NCBI GenBank assembly: GCA_977030845.1
Contig: OZ365115.1
Location: 6,324,001 to 6,388,000, forward strand
Origin: Fimbriosthenelais zetlandica
Taxonomy: Eukaryota
Direction: 5' to 3'
Length of the DNA stretch: 64,000 bases
Part shown: positions 13,206 to 25,200 of the stretch, in pieces
Numbering within the stretch: the stretch's first letter is position 1
How the letters are laid out: every line of letters begins with the position of its first letter
The notes under the pieces: generated by a model
The model's input: the letters and a program-made list of their open reading frames with translations, nothing else
The model's database searches: none
Told to the model about the DNA's origin: nothing
Made by a program: the position numbers and the translations under genes

Positions 13206-16200
13206 GTAAATTAAACCATGGAATTACTCAATTACTCATTCACAGACCCTGATATAAATTATACTCAGTCTGGGCCTTCTGAGATCAGAAGCCAGCTAAA
13301 ATAAAGGTCTAAAATTTCTCGAAATATTAAAATGTTAGCATTTCTCCACAGCCTGAAAAACCTTACTGCTTATCTAATCAATTGCCATTTGATTTGTTTT
13401 AGAAACGAATCGATGAACTACAAGCGAGACTTAACGAGAGGACGATAGAGGTGACTGACCTCCGGACGAGGATCACCAAAAATGGCACAACTTTACAAGG
13501 AAGCCACACAGAACCACCAGGTTGGACTCCATGAACAAACATTCATTATTACCATCTTAAACATAAACAGATAAGCTTCTTATCATTTAAATGCCTTTAT
13601 ATTTGTTCAGGCATACTGACAATTTGAACTAAGAGTAATTCCTTAGCTGTTTCTTGATTCGGGCAATGGTTTTTGCCATATCACATATGGTCTTAAGTTT
13701 TTGACGTTTTTATCTTTAAGTTAATTTCATTCGCTGGAGAATAAGTTGCCATTAAGTTTGATTCAGCCATCAGCCCACAACATTAGTTAATTCCCTTAAT
13801 GCCCACTTCACTTTGCTTTGACCATTTGTTCTACCTTTCAATCATTAGTTCCCTAAGTTTTCATAATTTTACTTCCTTTCACATTTGAAAACACTTTGAG
13901 TTGAGCTTTTCCTTTGTCAATGCAACAAATATACTAAATGTATTTTTTTTATGCCGATGGAAAGTTTTGTCTACCACTCCCCCTCACTCGTTTTCAATGA
14001 TTTAACTTGATGTGTGCACAGAGTGAGAATGTGCTGTATCATTTGACTGCATGTTTTGTGTTTTAATGACTTGGGTTTTCAGTGTTTGCTGGCTACGGTA
14101 AGACGTGGGCACACGGCAGTCACGGTGGATCTCAGGAAGCCTGGCGTCGCTGGTCATCTACCGGACTGGTCAGCCCTTCAGCTCATGAATTTACAAACAA
14201 TAATCAGGGTAATATTGACAGGCTTTGTTTTAGTCAAGACCTAAACCCTGACTTCTAATATTGAGTCTACCCTAGGGATACCAGGCGCACGTAGAGCTGC
14301 AGGGTTCACGGCCAGCTAACCAGCCTAACTCTGGCTCAAAGGCATGGCTCAAAACCCGGGTCCACAAACTCCAAATTATCTATAAAGAAATGTCATCAAA
14401 TTGTATCTTGTATCAACTATTTTCCCAATTTTCTCATCGGAGGACTTCCTCTTGGAGTTGCCTTCCTTTCACTTGTTTAGTTCAATTGCTAGGACAAAAT
14501 GAAGTTTCCTTTGGAAAAACTTAGGTTTTGAGCCATGTCTGTCGGTCAGTCCACACAGAAGTCCCAATCCATGTATGTGTCAAACTTGTGTCCTTTGCTG
14601 AGAGGTTTTTGGTTTTGGTTTTCAGTGAGAAAGCGTCACGTGTCGGAAAGTGACAAAAGCGGGGGTACGTGACTGGACGTGCATGCTAACATGTATAGAT
14701 GTGGTGCTTTCTAAAACACACACCTTGGGGCCCGCAGTCATCTTGAATCTATTTTTAAGGCTGAACAAAGAAATTGTGTTTTTCTGTTCTCAAAGATTAT
14801 AATTTCACTTTATTAATCTTCCAAAAAGGGTACAAATATTCCTATAATATATGTATCCTCGAAATACAACCCACATGAGTGGTTTTTCGCTATCCAAAAA
14901 ATGACCGAAAAACACAATTCCGAAGGTTTAGAAATTATTGGTTGATATATGGAGGGTTAATTTCAATATGGATCAGCAAAAGCTCAACAATGAAAAATCT
15001 TGGATCTTTTAATGATGTCTGAATCAGCGATGTGAATTTCCTGATCCATGTTGCAAAGTATCCCATGAATAGCGGCACTCTTAATGCATAGGTGCTATGC
15101 ATGTCACAGTTATATCATTTCATGACGTTAAATGTATATAAAATGCAGGTACGTTTTAGAAAAAAAAAATCTATTGAAGCGAGCAAATATTCCTGACTTT
15201 AGAACCTGCTGTTTTTCCTGTTTGATACTTTCTAAAAGTTTAGATGCTCGAATTAAATTTAAATATTTTTTCCTGTGCTTTTATTCATAGCCTTTGGTAT
15301 GATGAGTTACTGTAGTCAGATATTCTGGAGTGTAGTGGTTGTAGTAGTGGTAGTGGTTCTACCTTCTTTCCTTCCGTATTTTAAAAAAAAGATAAATTAT
15401 TTCAAAGAAAATCACTGAAAAGAATTTTTGTCTCGCATCAAGGTATGCATGGTCACGGCTCATTGTACAAATCAGTCGCATGAGCTATTTATAACAAGTC
15501 ACTTTTTTCTCCATATTCATTTGGCATGAAAAAATGTGGTGTCTATTTGTCTTTCAAAATTTAGTTACCCTGTCGTTTTCCCCGAATTTGTTATCTTTGA
15601 AGTGAAGAATTGTTGCAGAGATACAGCAAAAATCTGGTCTTCTTCGTAGATCTTTTAGTAGATATACACATGTATTGTTCTTTAAATTTAAAATCTGTTA
15701 TAAAGGTATTAGTATTCAAATCCATCCAGGAGATTTGCTGGTATCTCTTCAAGTCTTCACCTTTCTTTCCCTCCTTTCTTTACTCATTTCCAGTGGTTTC
15801 TTTCATTTCAACCAGATGCAGTAACTCGAACTTTGGAAAGAGAGAAAACGTTGGACCGGCTAAAGAGAAAACGTAAGCTGTCCCCCATAGCACTGTCTGA
15901 GGGACTAGATCTTGATTCCACTTGTCCACCACGCCCTCTCTTGTTTCTCCTCATTGATATTTCTATGTGTCTTTATAATGTGTCTCTTTGTCTCCTTGTA
16001 CTGTGTTTTCAATCTTTGTGTCAGACGCTCAATGCATCATGAAGCTCATCTTCACTAACACTACAGCAGAATTCTCCCATTCAGCCACATGCAGACTGCC
16101 AGCCGAAAAGAATGTTTTTAATTTTAAGATTTTCGGGAATTGTTCAATGTTCAGAGCTATGTAAAGTTATGTTTGAAAATAGATTAATTTTTGGAACAAA

Positions 16201-19200
16201 ATTTAATATTGTTGGTTGTGGTCTGGAGATTCCATTTAGCAGTCTGTATTGGGTATGGGAACTCTTTCAATTAAGGTGTTGTCACAAGCATCAGAGATAC
16301 TGTAGATTCACAAAAGCAGTATCTTTATGGTTGTGGTACTCGGGGAGGTTTATATATTACTAACCAAATACATTTCAACTCCTCAGCACAAAATATAAAC
16401 TTAGTTCCAGCCTGTCATGTTTAATACTTAACATTAAGCTACTTTTTAACAGGAATGGGATGATTGTTTGTGCCGTTTAAGTACAGACAGAACTAACTTC
16501 TAACTTGCCATGTTGCTCGCTGCATTCTAGGTGACTAAGGAGACTTTTTGCATCCCATGGCATTTTAACATTAATTAATCTCTTATGTGGTGAAGGTTTT
16601 TATTTTCAACTTGCTCCAGCGTGTGACTTTTTAAGTGCATCTCTTGAAACTTTTTAAGGTTGAAGCACCTGTTGATAATCTTCCTTTCAGATAGGTTACT
16701 TCACATACACCAAAGAGGAGGGCCAAGATTCCATTACAAATTCATTAAATTCTAATCATATTTTATTCTTTAAAAACAAAATTTTATCAACTGACATACT
16801 TGCAAATACACTTTTATTTCATAACATTACCCGAGCATAAAATGTGCATTCCGTTTTAATATTTATTAAGTTCAAGTCCTTAAAAGGCATTTTAATTTTT
16901 GTCCAGTTTTACCCCCCACCCTCTTAATAATTCTATCCCCTTTCCATTTTTTGCCCTGATTTTTGTTTTTCTTTGCTTCGTAACTTCTTAAATCTTTTTA
17001 ATTTTGATATTAAACCCAAGGAATGGGAATTAAAACTAACATAATATATTTATTTCCTATCATCCACATGCTGCATTAAAACATGAAATTTTAACGTACA
17101 TCGTGGTTAGTACAACATATTTTCAGGACAAGTAATTGTTTGTTTTGTCAACCTTTTCTCCGTTTTGTGTGTCAGAACTTAATTTCCTGAAGAAAGCGAA
17201 AAAGAACGATATGAAAGTCATATATGAAATTTCTTAAACCCAACATTCTATTACATGCTTTTGTAGATTTCAATTTATGTATATGTATAAGACAAACAAA
17301 TTGCAATACAATGAATCCTATCAAATTAGTGCATGGATTTTTCATTCCTACATTTCATTTGTGTGGATTGAGTGATGAATGAATTTGTCATTTTGAGTAG
17401 ATGGAGGTCCCTGCATGCATATCTACCCTTTGTTGAATATCTTATTTTTCTAAAATAAAGAGACCTAAAAAGATTATTAAAGACATAACATATCACCTCT
17501 TAACCTGGTAATATCCTCTTTTTATTTGGGATTTCTTAAAGTAAAGAGTTTTCTGTACTAAAACTTTTAGAGAAAAATTGTCTATCGGAGTAACTTTCGT
17601 TCTCAGAAAATTAAGTTTCCCATATTTTATTTCCAGATTCTGAAGTTGAAAAACTGAAAAAGGCAGTTGAAGCCTTGATGCAAACGAATAGTGAAAAGGT
17701 ATGTTACAAACCTCGAACCATTCATTAGTTATAATATGCTAACTTAAGCCTGGTTCCAAGTCATTCGGAAAGTCTTAAGATTACACTGAACTGTTCTTTC
17801 TTTTCTAGGATCATCATATTGAAGAACAAAGGAAAATGATCAAGAAATATCAGAAAATAGAAGAACTCTTATTAGCAACACATGGGAGAAAAGGTCTAGA
17901 ACAACTTGGTCTTCCTGACGATGCTGGCAGCGACTCCAGTTCTACTCACAACTCTTCCTCCTCCAATGAAAACAATGTAAGACCTTTAAAAATATTTAAA
18001 TCACGCATATAGATTTTGATATTAGTTTTAACTTCATGCTATTTTCTACATTAGTATATTTTTCCTTTTGATAATTTGACATAAGCAGGTGAACTGTATT
18101 TCTTGGTATTCAGTGTGCTTCTTTCTTCTGTTCGTTAGGGCCACCATGATGCTTTTGATATGGTGGATCGCAAGATGCCAGTACCTTCTGCTACCAGTAC
18201 CCCAGGAAAAGGTACATTTATCCCGGGTATATACAACCTCTAACACATATTTCGATTTTTTTGCATTAACTCACTTGCATGGCTATTTTAGTTAGTAAAG
18301 TTACCTTTCTTCTAAGCTTCAATGTAGTTTCTATTTTCCTGACTGGATTAAATGTATAGTAGACATATAAAGTCTAGAATAAGGTTTTCTCTTCTTTCAG
18401 ACGTATTTAAATACCATGGTACGAACGGTATTCATCATCCAGAGACGCTCACTCCGCCATCCAGAATCATGAACATACACACTCCATCTCCCAGGAAAGT
18501 AACCGGTGGACTCGTCCGCTCCAACAGTGCAGAGGACCTCTCCCCACTTCCATCTAAGGTCAGTATCAGGGCATCATTGTCTTGTAGGGTATCATCAGAG
18601 ACACTATATTAGACTGATATAAAGTGTCTGGTATCTCTCTGACTGTGTAATGACTGTAATAAGACAAAAAATGTATCTTATGATCAAGAGTCAAACCTGG
18701 ATCTCTGTACCCCCACTAATGCCAGTGCTGATGGAGTTGAACTAAATGGTACTGATCTTTTGGGAAACTGGAGGAATTGTATTAATTTTAACAGCTGGAT
18801 AAACATTATCAGGGGGTGTGAATTGTGTCTAAACACAATTGTTATAGCAGAGCCGTGCGACCCACAATGTGGGGTGGGACGCCAATATCTTATACCGTAC
18901 TAGAACTAATAATTTCTCTTCTCACTTGTTTTTTTTTATTCTTGCAGACTCCTCCCACCTCTCGCCGTCATGGAACTGGCTATGGTACGTTACCCGCTAC
19001 CCTGTCATCTCCTGGTATGGACGGCAGTCCCGGGGCGGTACCCCGCTCTGCCTCCACCTCCGTCATTACCTCACGACCCCCGACTGGAGCTAAATCTCGT
19101 AAACCACCCCCACACCAGTCCAGCCCCTCCCGGGCTCGCTCCAACACCACCACTACCACCAGCAAGCACCAAGCAAGCCCTAGTCCCGTCAAGAACCGGG

Positions 19201-22200
19201 GATTCCCGTCTTTTGGTAAAGGGTTGTTTAAGTTGCGCACTGGAAAATGGAGCTCGTCTGCGCCGAACTTAGGTGACAAAGACCCGCCTTTGTTTCAGCC
19301 TGCGGTTGGCTCTCGTCTAGGTTAGATTTCTGTCTCTATCCCCACCCCCTCTGTCTGTCTCTCTTGTCTTCTGTCTCTCTCCTTCCTGTCTGTATTTTAT
19401 GTGCCTGGAATAATCTTTAAGTCAGAAAATTATTGAATTCTTTTTATTGGAAATTTTACTGAGAACCCCCCAAATTTTCTACAAAATATATTAGTTTCTA
19501 CACATCTGGAATTATCTCTATACATTTCAAAGAAGTTTTAAATTTAAAGGAACTTTAATTGGTGCATGAACACTGTTTTTTCTGGACAGTTACCTTTCTT
19601 TTGGGCTCAGTAATGGAAATGTTCCTATTTTGAACATGGTAATTTTCCCTATTGGAGTCGAAAAATTGTTTAAATTTTATAGGCAGATTTCTTTATTTTG
19701 ATAATAGATGAACCTTGTTAAGAAGGCCAGGCCGTCTGTCTCTCTGTTCTGTCTCTTGTTCCTCCCACTGACCATCTCCCTCCCTGTGGGGGAGAGAGTC
19801 GGTCTGTGTGTGTGTGGTTCTAACTGATCATTCTCTCCCCAGTCATCGTGTCTAACTCATCTACATTTACACTGACCATAACACTACCAGTCATCAGCAT
19901 GTTATACCATCACTTAACATGGTTACTTAACCTCTTAACGCACCATCTCAACTCACTATTTAATCTTATATGTCCTCATTATAATAACATCAGTCGGAAA
20001 CCAAGCTATTACAATGAGGATTTGGGGGAATCATTTTGTGTAGTCCAAGCAATAGAAAAATCGGATTGGACAATATTTTCCAAATTTTTCAAAGAATCTT
20101 TTAGTTCCTCGGACAAAATTTGTAATTCATATTTAATAAAGTAGATTGAGATGCTGTGTTAAACAAACGCCAGAAACAAACATCATTGATTAACAAACTC
20201 ACAATCTTTTCACTTTCAACTCACATCAACCTAGAGAAGTTAAGACAAGCAGCAAGTATTCTTGGATAAGGCATGTTTTAAGGATATTATTTAAAGAAAG
20301 AGTGAAGTTTGAATCCTTGGACGAGTTATTGTAAGAATCGGTGGTGATTCTTTACAATACAGAGCTTATAATGCACGGCATGATGTGTGATATAATAATG
20401 CCTTGATTTGTTAGTAATCAAGAAAAGAATGAAAAAGGATATGTTTAAAAATTGCGACATTTAAACTGGGGATTTTTTTTATTAAATATATTTTATTTAA
20501 GGAATTCTGTTTTATCAACATCAGGGGTAAATAATTATGGTCATATTCTCATATTTTTGATAAATTGTTGATTTCTTTATTTTTACCTAACATACAAGAG
20601 AAAAACGAACATCCTAGTAGAAGCTGGGAGTCATTTTAATTGCCTTTTTTTTAATATAAAAACTTCGGTGTGGCTAGATATTTAAGGCTGGCAAGATTGT
20701 CAGATAGGCTGGCAGGCCAACATCTGAATCGAGGTGGAAATTTAATTCAATTCTATTAATTGAACTCAACGTTAAGTCCATATTGTGTCAGCTATTTTCT
20801 TTATTGAGTTTAAGCCAAATCTGATGATTCCTTGATGACAGATTTTATGGTAAAATAAGTACATCTTACTTGAAATGGATTTAGGATTCAAGCAAGGTAA
20901 GGTTAATGTTTCAGGACATTTGCCGAGGACACTATTTACACTACCTACTTCACATCATTGTGCCTCTTTGAGAACAAATCAGTCGTTAACATTATACAAT
21001 TCATCATCATAATATCAATCCATATTCCCCCAGAACAAAATAATCACTTTCTTCTCCCTGTCTCTGTTTATTCATACAAAGGCTTTGGTTCTCTCACACC
21101 ATGATTTTCTCCATCAAGCTTCTTTGGTTTACATTTTCCTGCTTTCACACTTTTAATTGTGTTGCTGTCCAACCATTTACTCACCATTTTGGTTTTCCAT
21201 TGTGCTGTACATTTCATAACATTATGGTGTCTGGGTTTAACCATTCTCAGTTGTCTCCTATTCTATTGTATGTGTCTTTCATCCATCTCTCACAGGGGCA
21301 ATCCACCATCCTTTTTTATGGCATTTTTAGAGAAAATGTTTGTTATAGGTCTTTTCCTCAAATATATCAATTCTTAAGGCTTTAACATCTACGAACTTTC
21401 TGGTCGTGTTGAGTTTTCGAAATGGAAAGGTAACTTAGCCATGATATCTAAATCTTCTCAAAATTGTTGCATATCGTTCTCTAACATCAGAATCAAGCTA
21501 AATTTCTTGATGTATTCATTGGTCTAAGTGGATTGCCCCTTTGGTTGTCTGATCAGTTGAAGAGGGTCACCCGTTCTGTCGTATGAGGAGTTCCATTCAA
21601 ATACCAGTGGGTAAGGAAGGTCTGCGAAGTGACGGATTTTCGCCCTAAAGATAAAGGCTGAGGATCGATCTATGACTTGCTTGGTACTTAGTCTGGAAAA
21701 ATAATCTTGCCACATAGTATACTTTATCCTAGCTTGAAAGGTCTCAAGCCTTTAAAAATTCATTCAGTATCTTAAAGTTGAAGTTAAGTGCTTCACTAAA
21801 GGACTAGGAAATTTTGGCTTTCCTTCCTTTAGTCTTATAGCTACCTTTATTAATTTTGTCCCTATTTCTAATTCTTAAAATAAAGCTTATCAAAGAGGAT
21901 GGTATTCTGACGATGAAGGAGGTAAAAATATTTTGAAATGTCAAAATGTGATTCTTTATTTTTAGAACAGTTCTTATGTACATATCCTTTTCTTTTTTTA
22001 GAATTTTAGTATTGATTTTATTCAGGGTGGATTTTCATTTTTGACCATCACTGATATTTATTATACTGTTTTAGGTTTAGAGTAGTTCTTAAAGTATCCC
22101 TTCGGGACGAAAATGATAAAAACATGTGAAATTATTGGGTGGTTTTTAAATATGCTCAGTTTAAATTGAACATTAATTAAACTAGAGAAGCATGATAGAG

Positions 22201-25200
22201 CATGGTACAAGAGCATGAAGTTGAAGTTAGATTTTAGAAGAGTTAGATGATAATATTCTGCCATTTATTATAATGTGTGAACCATCTACCATTGAAATTG
22301 ACTATTGCGAATTCTTTAAGATATGTAACAATTCCACAACTGTTTAATAAGAGTGCACCATTTACTAAAGCAGGTTTGACTTAACTTTATAACTGTGTGT
22401 ATATATCCACCACTGTTGTCCGTACACTCTGGGTGTAATTATTTTTCTTACAATGAAGTTCAAATTTTGACTTAATCAGGGCAGGGGAATGTTAAGAGGT
22501 TCACAATTTGACTTATCGACTCATGGTTTACTTTTCCCTTATATAGCACAAAACACCGATTCGGAGGAAACCCTAAAGGACGAAATGGCCCAGCAATATA
22601 AGATGATGCAATCCCAGTCAAGAGATGTTCAGGGGGGTCCAGTTGCCTGGGACCAGAAAAAAAAGCAAAAAGGAATCAAGAAGTTCTTTGGGAAGTAAGT
22701 GAGAGCAGCTACTCGTACATGAACCCCCGGGAAAGTGATCATGTAGTGATGGTTTTACTCGACTAAGTGATCCATTGGCTGCACAGATTGTCACACTCAA
22801 ACCTCGTTTGGTTTTTGAAATATGATTTTTACTATAATTTCTGAAGTTTATTATAATATTAAGACATCCTCCTCACGTTGTTTAATGTCTTAGAGAATGG
22901 AATTCGTATAATATCTATTTATTTACTGCATTGCTTGCTGCCCATTGCCTACTTATGCTAGGGAATGAGTGAAGAATATTACTTTCTAAAGCCATCTATA
23001 CCAACATTTCAACTTCAGATAAGTTAAATATTGTTTCTCGAAATGACTACTTTCTTCTATTACTTTCTATTAGAGCTAAACAGGTAAAATCAGTGCTCAA
23101 GGCGCATATGTATCGATTTAAAATTTAGAAATAGTATCTGTAGGCAGTGCGCTGTTGGCATCAAACATTTTCTTGTATCTGGATGTATCTTTTATTACTT
23201 GTAATGTTAGGATATTATAGAATTAATATTGAACTTTATACCTCGTAGAAAATTGTGATAATCTTCATCCAGTCTGTATTATCTAATATTTTAAACTCCT
23301 TTAATTTCACTCAATATTCCCCTTCGTTAATTGTCGAATACTTTATTACTTATTTGTTGTCTTGTCATTTTACAAATGGTGGTCAATTCTTCATGTTGTT
23401 TTGTGGTTGTCACCCTCCTTGCCTTAGTAATGTTGTGTATACATTTTGCTCCCCTCCTCCACCCCCACCATCCCTTTTGTCCATTAATGTTAATTCCCCC
23501 GACCCCTAACGAAGCAAGCGTCCTGCTTTGTGATGCCCTTGCTTATTGTGACCTTGCTTCTTGTGACCTTGGGTGCACTTTAACCTTTAAAGGTTACGCC
23601 GTAGCAGCTCACAGGATATGGACGGTGAATTGGAGGACTTCCGACGGAACGGAATGCGTGCCACGGCAGGACCTCGACTAGGATGGTCGAAAGACTTGAA
23701 GTATAAGTAAGCAGTTCCGAAAACCTGCTCTCAACCTGGGGACCTCCTTCCTCTCACTTTTGAGACTTTTCTTTTCATTTCCATGACATAGATCTATACA
23801 TGTTTATTAATCAACTTTGTAAGACCCTGCTCCTACTTTCATTGCATAGACCACATCAGTTATTGTTCTCTACCATGTATATTAGTGATGTGTATTTTGG
23901 AGCCAGCATGGTGCATATATACCACTTTTTGAACACCTATAGGAGAGGCACCCCAATTTGCATCCATTCAAACAATCTTACCTTTGAACCTTGTAGTGTA
24001 GTCATTGATTTTTGATATACTCCTTGTATATTGATTTCAATATAAGTTCCCATAATCAACCAGAAAATATGGTTACTTGAGTGACTAGCAATTCAGGCAA
24101 GTGCCAATTTTTAAGCTATTTTTTAAAGATCCTTTCACCACACAACCAGATGCTCTGTAAATCCCTTAGAGTGCTGCGTAATGAACAATAGAACTTTAAG
24201 AACAATGAAGAACTGTTTTACATATATATGTTTTTGTGGTATTAGTCTATAAACGTCATTAATTTCCTTTCAGTGATTTAGACGTACCGTTTGCCCGATG
24301 GGACAGCGACCGAGTCGCGGCTTGGTTGCACTCCATGGGCTTGAGTATGTATGTTGGTGAATGTAAACGATGGGTCAAAAATGGCGACCATTTATTAAAG
24401 GCTTCACCTCATGATGTTGAAAAGGTAAAGTCATAGCTTTAGTCCAAAAACCCTTTACAAATGTCAGAGATCTTAGGAAAGCCAGGATTTTTCATGCCGT
24501 CTTCAATCCATTCAAATAAATTGCATTATTAAACTTTTCTATTTCTAAAGGAACTAGGAATGAGGAATTCCTTACATAGAAAGAAGCTACAACTCGCACT
24601 ACAGTCAGTGGGCTCCTCTGAATCACAGAGCCGAATCGATGACTTGGATCACAACTGGGTGTTACGTAAGTTCAGATTAAATACATGCATATTGATATTT
24701 TAATTCAATTTGGAAATAAATGTTAAGGACATGTATGTAGTCATCTGGATCTATATGGAGTTGGGTTTTATTAGTTGTTATTTTTGCCCGATATAGGATG
24801 GCTGGATGATATAGGTCTGCCACAATACAAGGACCACTTCAACGAAGCCAAGGTTGATGGTCGCTTGCTTCACTATCTCACTGTGGTAAGGATTCTATCA
24901 TGTACATTATAATGAATAGTAAATCAAATTCCCATCTCTTTTTTGGCCATTGGACATGATTGTACCGGATAGTTGAACTCTTTACCAACCAGATATATTT
25001 TGTTTGTAGGAGGATCTACTGTACCTGAAGGTGACCAATGCTCTCCACCATCTCAGTATAAAGAGAAGTATCCAGGTGCTCCGAAAAAACAACTGGAATC
25101 CAGGCTGTTTGAGACGGCGACCTACTCCAGGAGACACTGTGGTATGTCATCCCATTCATTCTTCCCTTCTCAATTGGCATTAACCAACCTCCACTTTTCT

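Noticed and set aside
18869-19279. Overlapping ORFs 18869-19093, 18970-19272 (+) and 18980-19279 (-)
   Set aside because: Alternative frames and antisense shadow of the GC-rich liprin exon 18948-19272.
23074-23083. 10-nt AG...GT segment (AGCTAAACAG|gtaaaa)
   Set aside because: Not a multiple of 3; inclusion would frameshift before the SAM domains.
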